A stretch of DNA of 60,395 nucleotides from a virus (taxonomy: Duplodnaviria; Caudoviricetes): positions 1-60,395 of IMG/VR virus record IMGVR_UViG_3300046820_000327. One strand, written 5' to 3'. Below are positions 39,004-47,538 of the stretch, piece by piece. The position numbers and the translations under genes are program-made. Position 1 is the stretch's first letter. Each line of letters begins with the position of its first letter. The notes beneath the pieces were generated by a model. That model was not told where the DNA came from, did no database searches, and saw only the letters and a program-made list of their open reading frames with translations.

Positions 39004-39344
39004 TAATGATTACGCTTTCCTTGAAATACACAGTTAAAGATCATGTGCATTTCTCCATCATTAATTACACGATGAAATGCTCCGTCGGGCACAAGAACAA
39101 TGTCTCCTGCACCTACATCAAATGGCTCGTCTGTTTCGTTGCCCACAATCATTTTGCCGTAGCCTTGCACAAAGAAATAAACTTCTTCTTGTCCTGCATG
39201 TCTATGTCCGCGTGTTTGCTGTCCGCGGTATAGCTTTGTGCTACTTAGCACAAGATTATTTAGATATTTGTTGTCTTTAAGTAGATAAGTTTCATTGTCT
39301 TTAACTACTTCGCCGCCAACGTTAAACTCAGATACTTGTTGCAT
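39003..39344 (-). CDS. Cupin domain protein
   Basis: GHRH..QEEVYFFVQG.G and GDIVLVPDGAFHRV motifs. Confidence 0.88.
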   Translation of the reverse strand: MQQVSEFNVGGEVVKDNETYLLKDNKYLNNLVLSSTKLYRGQQTRGHRHAGQEEVYFFVQGYGKMIVGNETDEPFDVGAGDIVLVPDGAFHRVINDGEMHMIFNCVFQGKRNH

Positions 39345-39345
39345 A

Positions 39346-39849
39346 TTACCATACCTTACCGTAATCTACTACCTCGCTTTGTCTGCTGATGTCTTTAACA
39401 AAAAACGCACACAAAGGCTTTTCTTTACCTTCTTCTAGTGGCACTGCTAGCATTTGACCGGGCTTGAGCTTGGGGAAATACCATTTGACGTCTTGATAGA
39501 TGTCTACAATCTCCACAGGATAAAATTCTGGCTTGAAACTACTCAATGGATTGAATGTAAACACACTAAATCCTCGGTCGTTAATGCTGGTCAATGGCAC
39601 TACTTCTAGGTCCCCCAGGTCCGGCTCACCGATTAGTATTTGCCAGTCTACTGGCATCTTAACAGTCCATTGACCGATTTTCAATACCAAGGCCGGGCTG
39701 TTAAACGATTCTAAAAAGATCAAAGGAATGTAAAAGTAGTCAGGGTCTTTTGGGTCGCTATTGTCTAGCACACAAAAACGCAGGTCCTCTACTTCATCGG
39801 GTATTTCGTTCATCTCATAACTTTTGTTGTCTAATGTTAATATTCTCAT
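39346..39849 (-). CDS. Hypothetical phage protein (beta-rich)
   Basis: ORF track. Confidence 0.8.
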   Translation of the reverse strand: MRILTLDNKSYEMNEIPDEVEDLRFCVLDNSDPKDPDYFYIPLIFLESFNSPALVLKIGQWTVKMPVDWQILIGEPDLGDLEVVPLTSINDRGFSVFTFNPLSSFKPEFYPVEIVDIYQDVKWYFPKLKPGQMLAVPLEEGKEKPLCAFFVKDISRQSEVVDYGKVW

Positions 39850-39861
39850 ATTTTCTTTCTT

Positions 39862-40596
39862 TTAATTCCAATGCGGTGTCATATCTAGTAATACTTTTAC
39901 AAAATCGTCGTGTGCTTGTTGTGGGTTATGATTGATAGCACGTTCATGTAACCCATATGGCATGTCCCAGGGTTGAGGCCTTGTCCACAGTCTATCGCCA
40001 ACAAATGCCCAGTCACAGTAGAACATAGGTCCGCCCATAAACACAAATTCTTTCTTTAGTGCAATCAGCTTACGCAGGCCTTCAGCAATAATGAAGTAGT
40101 CTTTCATCTGATCCAGCTGGAAACTATGCAGGTATGCTACATAGTGCTTCATTGCATCAATTACTTCAGGAGTAATTTCTTTGCGTTTGAAGTTATCGTG
40201 TGGTACAAAGTCGTAGAAATCTGTGGTCCAGTTGTTGATACTGTCGCTGATAATTTTGGGATTACGTGTGTCTACATTGTGCTCGCTGGTACTGCGATAG
40301 CCACGATACTCAATATCCTTGATTGTAACTGGCCATTGTATGTCATTTTCTTTACCCGGGATAGGTATCTCCATACGATCGCTGGTAGTTGTTCCTATTA
40401 CTACGAAGTCGGCATTGCGTCTAATAGCTTCTTCAATTTGTAAACGTATCAAGAAGTTTGTAGCACCACTACGCCCAAGACTAACGTGATCAAATCCTTT
40501 TTGGTCTGCATACAAATCTAAAAAACTTGTAATGCCATGATTCTCTGTATCAATGGCCATAAAACTACAGCCACAACTAAACAATTTCTTTTTCAT
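39862..40596 (-). CDS. SGNH/GDSL-like hydrolase (paralogue 3)
   Basis: GCSFM, SLGRSGATN and a C-terminal NHN motif. Confidence 0.6.
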   Translation of the reverse strand: MKKKLFSCGCSFMAIDTENHGITSFLDLYADQKGFDHVSLGRSGATNFLIRLQIEEAIRRNADFVVIGTTTSDRMEIPIPGKENDIQWPVTIKDIEYRGYRSTSEHNVDTRNPKIISDSINNWTTDFYDFVPHDNFKRKEITPEVIDAMKHYVAYLHSFQLDQMKDYFIIAEGLRKLIALKKEFVFMGGPMFYCDWAFVGDRLWTRPQPWDMPYGLHERAINHNPQQAHDDFVKVLLDMTPHWN

Positions 40597-42050
40597 TTCC
40601 AGTCTGCTTTCTCTACAGTAAACGGGTAATTCGCTTCTTTGTAAAACGCTTTGCGTTTAGTGAGGTGGCGTTTAGCGAACTTGCAGGTACTCGTGATGTC
40701 CCAAATTTGGACAAAGTCTTTGTCTTCTGCTTTCCTAATACCTCGTCCAATAGACTGGATAACGCGGACAAAGCTCTTTCCGGGTTCCACAAGAACCAGA
40801 TTAAAGATCCTAGGAATATTAATACCCACAGCGGCCACACCATAAGTCGCCACAATAATTTTCCCATCACTAACAGCCACTTCATCATATTCTTCCTTCC
40901 GATCCTTTGCCTTGGTTGCACCCGACACGAATACTGCACGGTCTTTTAATTTTTGCTCTAGCATTTTACCTGTGTTAACACGATCCACCAACACCAATGT
41001 ATTACCTGTTTCGTTTACACTACGAACTAGATTACTAATATAGTCAAGACGTTCGTCGTTTTCAACTAGATACTTTAGCTCGCTTTGATAGTTATTGTAT
41101 TCACTGTGATCAATTAACTGTACAATGTTTACATGACAGTTAGCAAGGTGACCGGCTTCTTGTAGCTCTGCGGCACTTAGCTTGCCTACTACATGCCCTA
41201 GGCTAACATAGATACTAACTGCGGCATAGTCTTCCTTGGGAATCGTGCCTGTCAATCCCCAACGAATAGGTATATGACTCATTACACCTGTTAATAATGT
41301 CTTAAGAGCATCTGCTTTGGCCATGTGTACTTCGTCAACAATAACGCACACAACATCTTCAATAAATTCGCCAATGGTACAGTCTGTTTCTCCCGACTTG
41401 GTATTCTTTAACAATATGTTTAGACTTTGCCAAGTACAGATGGTATGCGTTTTGCCCCACTCTTTACGATCACCAAAGTAAACACCTACATCAAGTCCTA
41501 GATTACGATAGTCATCTTCAGTTTGCGACACTAGACTTTTGTTAGGCACAATAACAATCGAACGGCCGTATGCTTCTACACTCTTGCTCAATGCGGCAGT
41601 CATAATTGTTTTGCCGGCACCTGTAGCAACTTCTTGCACACTCTGCGGATTCTGCAAAAAGTTATTGATAATTTCTACTTGATAGTCGCGGAATGTGATA
41701 GGTTGCCCTGCGGCAGGATGGCCCGCTGGCCAAACGCTGTCGGCAAAAGTATCTTCTGCAAACTCACTGAACTCATACTTGGTACTGTAAGTACGCAGAT
41801 CCTCAATTTCAATGTCATAGCCCTCACTGTCAATGAAAGGGATAATCTCGGGCAGTAGGTTAATATAAGTACTACCACCTAATTGAAAGTAGCTTACTTT
41901 TCCATCCCAACGTCCCAAACGAACAGCCGGCAGATATCTAGCACCCGGCACTTCATACTTGAACTTGTCTACCAGCTTCTTACGAGTACCTAGTTCTAGT
42001 CCTTCTACTTTGACGTTTACTTCGTCTTTGATAATTAATTTAGCTTGCAA
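40593..42050 (-). CDS. uvsW: UvsW-like SF2 DNA helicase
   Basis: WDGK, RDYQ, ATGAGKT, DEVH, GLTGT and QSIGRGIR motifs. Confidence 0.9.
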   Translation of the reverse strand: MQAKLIIKDEVNVKVEGLELGTRKKLVDKFKYEVPGARYLPAVRLGRWDGKVSYFQLGGSTYINLLPEIIPFIDSEGYDIEIEDLRTYSTKYEFSEFAEDTFADSVWPAGHPAAGQPITFRDYQVEIINNFLQNPQSVQEVATGAGKTIMTAALSKSVEAYGRSIVIVPNKSLVSQTEDDYRNLGLDVGVYFGDRKEWGKTHTICTWQSLNILLKNTKSGETDCTIGEFIEDVVCVIVDEVHMAKADALKTLLTGVMSHIPIRWGLTGTIPKEDYAAVSIYVSLGHVVGKLSAAELQEAGHLANCHVNIVQLIDHSEYNNYQSELKYLVENDERLDYISNLVRSVNETGNTLVLVDRVNTGKMLEQKLKDRAVFVSGATKAKDRKEEYDEVAVSDGKIIVATYGVAAVGINIPRIFNLVLVEPGKSFVRVIQSIGRGIRKAEDKDFVQIWDITSTCKFAKRHLTKRKAFYKEANYPFTVEKADWK

Positions 42051-43224
42051 TATCTGCTACCTTTCGTCCCACAGTTTTCTTATTGTACACTTCTGCGGCA
42101 CAATATACAATCTTTTTGGCACGTTGAATCATTAGTTGTTTATCTCCTCCGAACACCATACCAGCACTGGTAATCACTAGATTAATAGTGTCCATGTTGC
42201 GTATGGGTTTATAGGTGTGAATGTATTTGGTTTGTTCTGTAATTACAGGATTCTTAGAATTGCCAGCCATGGTAATCTCATGTTCGGCATATCTGGATTG
42301 CAATCTATTTAGCATGCGGTTGCTTAGGTCTGGCTCATAAACTACCACTGGCCATAACTGACATAGATCTGCATAATCTAGCACACTTGAAAAATCATCA
42401 TCAACACCTATGCCATTGGGATTAATTTTAACTTCTCTGTTGATTGCCAAATTATAAAATCTATGTCCGTAACTGATCCTAATAGCTTTGGCAAGATCCT
42501 CATTGATTGTATAGCCTAGGTTACTGCTGGCGTTTACTAGCGTTAAAAGATTATCCAGTTCCCATCCGCCTAGATGTTGTTCTACATAAGCATTTAGGCT
42601 GTTGTGTGCATTTGTAATAGACAAACGTCCGTTATCAACAGTCAGTTCAATGGCATAAGGTTCAAGTTCGCAGTCTGTGATCAACTTCATTAGTGCGTCA
42701 ATTTCGGGACCTACTTCAAAGTTGTGAGACTTGCACCAAGCATATACCCAACTGAGATTATACTCTGTAAGTGAAACTTCCCAGACCTTGAGATCTCGAT
42801 TCCACTTAACTTCACCCTGACTGGACTTTTGAAACTCTCGGATATTTTCAATCAGCTGATTTTGAAAAGGAAAGCGTAGGTGCAATCTATCTTCGTGTAG
42901 TGTTAAACTACGACTATAGTCCATTTTGCGTAAAGGTATACGCCACTTGGGATCTTCGACGGGAGTTACGTCAATGGCTTTTGCGGCCAACTGTCGTTTG
43001 TACTTTAGCACAATCTTACAGGCAAGATCGCCTTGCTTTTCCGTCAAAGCAACATTACGCATAACAGCATCAGTCATTGACTCTAGCACACTTACATCGT
43101 ACCTGGCTAGATTAACAATGGGATTGATGCCAAAATAAAATACCGAGGTTGGCTTGTTGGTTACAATATCCAAATAACCGGTAATAGCCAGTAAGTAATC
43201 TTCAACGTGGTCAAACTTTTTCAT
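42040..43224 (-). CDS. Hypothetical protein upstream of the helicase
   Basis: 394-aa ORF with its own promoter. Confidence 0.8.
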   Translation of the reverse strand: MKKFDHVEDYLLAITGYLDIVTNKPTSVFYFGINPIVNLARYDVSVLESMTDAVMRNVALTEKQGDLACKIVLKYKRQLAAKAIDVTPVEDPKWRIPLRKMDYSRSLTLHEDRLHLRFPFQNQLIENIREFQKSSQGEVKWNRDLKVWEVSLTEYNLSWVYAWCKSHNFEVGPEIDALMKLITDCELEPYAIELTVDNGRLSITNAHNSLNAYVEQHLGGWELDNLLTLVNASSNLGYTINEDLAKAIRISYGHRFYNLAINREVKINPNGIGVDDDFSSVLDYADLCQLWPVVVYEPDLSNRMLNRLQSRYAEHEITMAGNSKNPVITEQTKYIHTYKPIRNMDTINLVITSAGMVFGGDKQLMIQRAKKIVYCAAEVYNKKTVGRKVADIAS

Positions 43225-43230
43225 AATGAT

Positions 43231-43259
43231 AGTATAGCAGGGTAGTCAACAAAAAGCAA
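43231..43259 (-). promoter_or_regulatory. Sigma70-type promoter with an extended -10
   Basis: TTGCTT-N17-TATACT with TG, 7 nt before the ATG. Confidence 0.65.
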
Positions 43260-43261
43260 AT

Positions 43262-43292
43262 AAAAAAAGCCCCAAATGTTTCCACTTGGGGC
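43262..43292 (-). terminator. Intrinsic terminator ending the second early operon
   Basis: GCCCCAA-N10-TTGGGGC-TTTTTTT. Confidence 0.85.
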
Positions 43293-43344
43293 ATAAAAAT
43301 TACGGCCTAGGAGCTAGATCTGGAATGGCCGTAACTATTCAGGT

Positions 43345-43518
43345 TTAACGCCTCGAAACAAATGCGTAGTTTGCCGCAATAATAAATGCGTCAAATGCTA
43401 CCAATAACCAATTACCTCGACTAATATTGTTAAGTAGGTCCAGTGTTATAAATCCAATTAGAAACCAAGTAATGGCTTCGTAGTTACGCAAATACCAACG
43501 TCTAAAATTATCAAACAT
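43345..43518 (-). CDS. Small membrane protein (MFDNFRRW...)
   Basis: Two hydrophobic segments; start moved to the ATG just after the upstream stop. Confidence 0.65.
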   Translation of the reverse strand: MFDNFRRWYLRNYEAITWFLIGFITLDLLNNISRGNWLLVAFDAFIIAANYAFVSRR

Positions 43519-43519
43519 G

Positions 43520-44080
43520 TTATGCCGCCTTTCTATCTTGTTCAGCTGGCAGTGGCAAGCCACCATCTGGGTCATTGTCTGGACTGTTACCATCTTCATC
43601 GCGTAGTTGGCTTTGAAAGAATGTAATTTGATCAATCATCTGTTGACAGCCTTCCCAGTTCATAGTGATTTCACTATAGCCCATGCTAAAAGCAACACGA
43701 TTGTTGTCGGTTAGTCCTAGCCTGTAAAAAATCTTAGCAGGCTCTTCCTGCTTGGGAGGCTCTACCTGAGGTACTGCTTTAGGAGCAGGAAGATTATAGA
43801 CATTGTCTTTGGCTTCTTCACTGCGTTTGTTTTTAAACCAATTAAACATTTTTATATCCCAATCAACTGACATGTTAAGCCATCTGCCCAATGGCGGGAA
43901 AAGCAACGGTCCACTAATTGCAAATAACCAAGGAAGTTGAACTGCCGCGGCAGGAATATCCTTATAATAAATTGCACAGTACAACCCTACAGTAAGATAC
44001 ACAGCACTGGACCAAAACAGCCAGTAGCCGCCGTTCCGTTGCCAAAGTATCTGACCAATCACTTTTGTACTTCCATACAA
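43520..44080 (-). CDS. Membrane-associated hypothetical protein
   Basis: N-terminal hydrophobic helices; start uncertain. Confidence 0.6.
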   Translation of the reverse strand: MYGSTKVIGQILWQRNGGYWLFWSSAVYLTVGLYCAIYYKDIPAAAVQLPWLFAISGPLLFPPLGRWLNMSVDWDIKMFNWFKNKRSEEAKDNVYNLPAPKAVPQVEPPKQEEPAKIFYRLGLTDNNRVAFSMGYSEITMNWEGCQQMIDQITFFQSQLRDEDGNSPDNDPDGGLPLPAEQDRKAA

Positions 44081-44244
44081 GTGTATTTGATTACCTTGGT
44101 AGTAGCCGAAGCCATCTTTTTAGCTTCTTCGCCTGCGGCGCGGCACTCTGCCTGAGTCCGGAATCCAGGCACCGTAGTCAGTGCCATGGAATCCTTGTCA
44201 CTCATCATACCAGCGTGTGCAAATAGTACTAGAGCCCAAAACAT
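44059..44244 (-). CDS. Small secreted protein with a Cys pair
   Basis: Signal-like N-terminus; F.T.AEC.AA...YTC. Confidence 0.65.
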   Translation of the reverse strand: MFWALVLFAHAGMMSDKDSMALTTVPGFRTQAECRAAGEEAKKMASATTKVIKYTCMEVQK

Positions 44245-44245
44245 A

Positions 44246-45037
44246 TTACTTGTTCACCATCAACGATGTCATGTTGCTAGGGATAATAATAGTCTGCACT
44301 TTACCGTCCTTGACCGCTTCGGAAATGTTCAGCTGAGCCTTGGCCTGCATGTACTGGATACTAGCGTTACCTTGATTAGCCAAGGCGGCCATGCGTTCAG
44401 CTTCAAGTCGGGCAGTTTTAACTTCAACTTCTTTTTGCTTTTGTTCGTTTTTAGCACGAACTAATTCGTTAGCACTAGCAACAACACTATCAGCTGGTAC
44501 AATGTTACGAATCAACACTTGACCAATAACCAAACTACCGTCTAGCTTTTCATCGGCTAGAGTCTTTTGGATTTGCTCTTTAATTGCCTGTTCCATTTGC
44601 TGGCGATTGTCAGCCATATCCAGTGCTTCGTACTTACGTGCTTCTTTGTAGACAGCGTTACGAGTAGTTTGGACAATGTAGTTATACATCAAGTAGATGT
44701 CACCGTTGTGGCGAGCATGGAATGCCTGGCTCTTTTGGCTATACAACTCAGCGACTTGAGCTTGATTGATGTTATAGATAACCACTGCATCAAAGTCTTT
44801 CATGGTGCTGTTGTCTTTGGCAACAGGAGTCATGTCCTCAAGTTTAACATTAACATCTTTGATTGGGAATGTAAGCACATCACCAATAATAGTTTGATTA
44901 AATGAACCAGGTAGCAGTTCGCCTTGCTGGACTTGTTTGTCGAAGCCTACTCGAACACCAACTTCACCTGTCTCAATACGGGTACAGCCAGTTGCAAAAA
45001 TAGACAACATAGCAATAGCAATAACACTCTTTTTCAT
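44246..45037 (-). CDS. SPFH/Band-7 domain lipoprotein
   Basis: Lipobox-like ATGC, RIETGEVGVRV, coiled-coil tail. Confidence 0.88.
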   Translation of the reverse strand: MKKSVIAIAMLSIFATGCTRIETGEVGVRVGFDKQVQQGELLPGSFNQTIIGDVLTFPIKDVNVKLEDMTPVAKDNSTMKDFDAVVIYNINQAQVAELYSQKSQAFHARHNGDIYLMYNYIVQTTRNAVYKEARKYEALDMADNRQQMEQAIKEQIQKTLADEKLDGSLVIGQVLIRNIVPADSVVASANELVRAKNEQKQKEVEVKTARLEAERMAALANQGNASIQYMQAKAQLNISEAVKDGKVQTIIIPSNMTSLMVNK

Positions 45038-45048
45038 CTTAAGTTCCT

Positions 45049-45225
45049 TTAAAAAATGATGACAATAAAACTCAGCACAACGATACTAAGTATAGCACAG
45101 ATTGTACTATAAACTACCAGCTTGGTCAAGTCCCATTTGTCTTTACCTGACAAATTACGAAAGGCCGGTATGCCATAGTACATCACAAAAAACACAATAA
45201 AAAATGCCAGAAACATTCTAATCAT
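45049..45225 (-). CDS. Small 2-TM membrane protein, 58 aa (not in ORF track)
   Basis: MIRMFLAFFIVFF...ILSIVVLSFIVIIF; directly upstream of the SPFH gene. Confidence 0.6.
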   Translation of the reverse strand: MIRMFLAFFIVFFVMYYGIPAFRNLSGKDKWDLTKLVVYSTICAILSIVVLSFIVIIF

Positions 45226-45330
45226 TTACATCACCGCAATTAAAAAAATAAAAAATGCTGTAACAGGATATCCAAACAACAAGGCCATCATTGCTAAGAT
45301 GGTACCAAAGAAAGCCTTGTCGTTGTCCAT
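45226..45330 (-). CDS. Small hydrophobic peptide, 34 aa (not in ORF track)
   Basis: MDNDKAFFGTILAMMALLFGYPVTAFFIFLIAVM fills the gap exactly. Confidence 0.5.
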   Translation of the reverse strand: MDNDKAFFGTILAMMALLFGYPVTAFFIFLIAVM

Positions 45331-45331
45331 A

Positions 45332-46375
45332 TTAGGCGTGTTTCATACAAGTTACACGAGCCATTTCTTTCCAGCGAAGTGGGAAAGATTTACGCAAGTC
45401 AGCAATCTTAATTGCCATACGCAAGCTCATCTCACGCATATTGTTCTTGTTATCGCTCAAGAAGTTGATGATCTCATCTTGTGCGATTTGATCAAAATCG
45501 TATGCTTCAAACAATGCACCATCTGCGGCAATCTGTTTGATACGCAAGATCTTGTCACGCATGGTGTCCAGTGTCAGGTCAAGATAGTGACAGCGTGATT
45601 GCAGAGCATCCAAGTGATCGCGGAGCTTCTGCGATTTCATTTGATCAAACTTAAGATTGGTAATAAAGATAATGCTACCATCAAAGTTGAAGCTGTTAGG
45701 CACACCTTCACGACGCAACATATGGCTATCACCCAACCAGCTAATCTTACGCTTCTTGCCAGAGTCTAGGGCACCTTTCAGCAAGTTCAAAGCAGTATCG
45801 TCAAGCAGAACGCTGTCACAGTCGTCAAACACTAGAACACAGTTAGGGTCACTGTACTTGAACAGAGTGCAGTACAAACCAAGAGCTGAAGTGCTACCTT
45901 TAACAACTTCGGCACGGAGACGCTTGCCAGCAATCTGGTCAAACAAACATGCTTTTTCAACAATCTGCTCAACACCGTAGCTCTTACCAACACCAGGAGG
46001 ACCCGATACAATCATAGCACGGATGTCGCCGTTTGTAGCGGCTTTAGTCATTTCGTCAAGAATTTCAAAACGCTCACGAATACGAGCCATTACTTGCTCG
46101 TCAGTTTCGCCAGAAGCTTCAACAGCCTGGGCTTCTGCTACAGGCGTATTACCTGCTTCAACAAATTCGGTTTCGCTTACAAAATCGTATGCAGTCATGC
46201 CATCAACTTTGACACGGATGTCTTCTGGGAACCCAGGAAACTTGCCACCGTTCTTAACCGTCACGTAACCACCTTTAGCGGTTTGTTTGAACTGATCAAC
46301 CAATTGGAAAATCTGTCCAGACACGTCTGTTGTACGATATGCACCTGCTTTAATTTTAATAAATGCGTTCGTCAT
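45332..46375 (-). CDS. AAA+ ATPase
   Basis: GPPGVGKS, LVFDDCD, IIFITN and ALQSR motifs. Start MTNAF with GGAG RBS. Confidence 0.88.
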   Translation of the reverse strand: MTNAFIKIKAGAYRTTDVSGQIFQLVDQFKQTAKGGYVTVKNGGKFPGFPEDIRVKVDGMTAYDFVSETEFVEAGNTPVAEAQAVEASGETDEQVMARIRERFEILDEMTKAATNGDIRAMIVSGPPGVGKSYGVEQIVEKACLFDQIAGKRLRAEVVKGSTSALGLYCTLFKYSDPNCVLVFDDCDSVLLDDTALNLLKGALDSGKKRKISWLGDSHMLRREGVPNSFNFDGSIIFITNLKFDQMKSQKLRDHLDALQSRCHYLDLTLDTMRDKILRIKQIAADGALFEAYDFDQIAQDEIINFLSDNKNNMREMSLRMAIKIADLRKSFPLRWKEMARVTCMKHA

Positions 46376-46406
46376 TCTAGCTCCGTTTTTTAGTTTCAAT
46401 ACAAGT

Positions 46407-46435
46407 ATTATACAATTAATTGAATTATTGGGCAA
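46407..46435 (-). promoter_or_regulatory. Early sigma70-type promoter (repeated family)
   Basis: TTGCCC-aataattcaattaattg-TATAAT. Confidence 0.8.
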
Positions 46436-46634
46436 CCGCTTTAAAACGCTGGTAAAATGCTTGATTTATAGCGTCCATTTCAGCTTGCTCAACATAGAAA
46501 TCTGTAAGCGGATCGTAGTACTGGCCTTGTTTGTTGTCATAATACAACACTCTGCCCGAAAAGTTAAAAGGACCTTCTAGTCCCGTACGGGGACCAAATT
46601 TACCGGTAACGCTGGGAAGAGTGATGTAAGCCAT
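46425..46634 (-). CDS. Small early protein (GLEGPF...GRVLYYD..QGQYYDP.TDFY)
   Basis: GGAG RBS and own promoter. Confidence 0.75.
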   Translation of the reverse strand: MAYITLPSVTGKFGPRTGLEGPFNFSGRVLYYDNKQGQYYDPLTDFYVEQAEMDAINQAFYQRFKAVAQ

Positions 46635-46663
46635 TTTTGCTCCGTTTTGTTACTATATGTTAT

Positions 46664-46692
46664 ATTATAGATTAAACGGAATTATTGGTCAA
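46664..46692 (-). promoter_or_regulatory. Early sigma70-type promoter (repeated family)
   Basis: TTGACC-aataattccgtttaatc-TATAAT. Confidence 0.85.
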
Positions 46693-46693
46693 A

Positions 46694-46912
46694 TCAGCTG
46701 TTTACAGTGGCGAACGGGCTTAGATCTTCGGTGTTGTTTTTATGCAACAGAATGTTAGTACGGCTAGTAACCACTAACTTAGCCCTGTGCTCTAGTTCGT
46801 CCTGAAAGTCCCGTTCCACCCCGGCCATCCAAGCCTCATATTCCTGCTCATAAGGAAATGCTGTTTCATATTCTTCAATTAACAAATCTTTAATTTTAGA
46901 CATAATACTCAT
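46694..46912 (-). CDS. Small acidic hypothetical protein
   Basis: AAGGAG RBS. Confidence 0.6.
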   Translation of the reverse strand: MSIMSKIKDLLIEEYETAFPYEQEYEAWMAGVERDFQDELEHRAKLVVTSRTNILLHKNNTEDLSPFATVNS

Positions 46913-47345
46913 ACTCCTTGTGTTGTTGATAATGTTTAACGAAATTAACGGCTTCTTTTATTTGTGCCACAGGAACTGCATTTTCTTTATAACCTTCATA
47001 TAGCATATCTAAATAACCTTGACTAGGCATAGAATCTATATTATCAGGTAACATAAAATAAGTAATTGCTTTAATGGATTTATTATTATGGATAACAGTT
47101 ACTTCTTTACGATCATAATAAAATGGATAACCTTCTAGTGCATCTAAGGATTTTAAACAATCGTCAGTAATGTCCCATAATACTCCGTCAACATAATATT
47201 CATCATTTTCCAGAATATCTGCGTGACGAGCAAAACGGAATTCGTAGTTAGGAAGTACAGCATGACCCAATGATTGGGCTTTAGGGCATCTAACTGCCAT
47301 CTGTCCCAAATTGGTGTTCATGCCATAGGCAAAATATTTTATCAT
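46896..47345 (-). CDS. Gamma-glutamylcyclotransferase (AIG2-like) family protein
   Basis: YFAYGMN, V.GVLWDI, LDALEGYP..Y.R and PSQGY motifs. Confidence 0.88.
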   Translation of the reverse strand: MIKYFAYGMNTNLGQMAVRCPKAQSLGHAVLPNYEFRFARHADILENDEYYVDGVLWDITDDCLKSLDALEGYPFYYDRKEVTVIHNNKSIKAITYFMLPDNIDSMPSQGYLDMLYEGYKENAVPVAQIKEAVNFVKHYQQHKEYEYYV

Positions 47346-47351
47346 ACCTAT

Positions 47352-47380
47352 AGTTTATATTAAACGGAATTATTAGTCAA
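47352..47380 (-). promoter_or_regulatory. Early sigma70-type promoter (repeated family)
   Basis: TTGACT-aataattccgtttaata-TAAACT, 7 nt before the ATG. Confidence 0.75.
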
Positions 47381-47538
47381 GTACGACGAGTATGGCGGTA
47401 TTCGCGACGTAGCCACCATTTGTACTTTTGGAAGTATTCGCTAAGAGTATAGCGTTCAAGGTTAAACATTTCGTGCTCGTTGCAGTTTTCGTAATACATG
47501 TCCTGCAACCATTTTCTAAAGGATGATTCTTTGCTCAT
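47377..47538 (-). CDS. Small hypothetical protein, 53 aa (MSKESSFRKWLQDM...YKWWLRREY; not in ORF track)
   Basis: GAGG RBS; fills the gap. Confidence 0.6.
   Translation of the reverse strand: MSKESSFRKWLQDMYYENCNEHEMFNLERYTLSEYFQKYKWWLRREYRHTRRT

Noticed and set aside
46376-46435. N-terminal extension of the AAA ATPase given in the ORF track
   Set aside because: The proposed TTG start is the -35 box of the promoter; the RBS supports the ATG at 46375.
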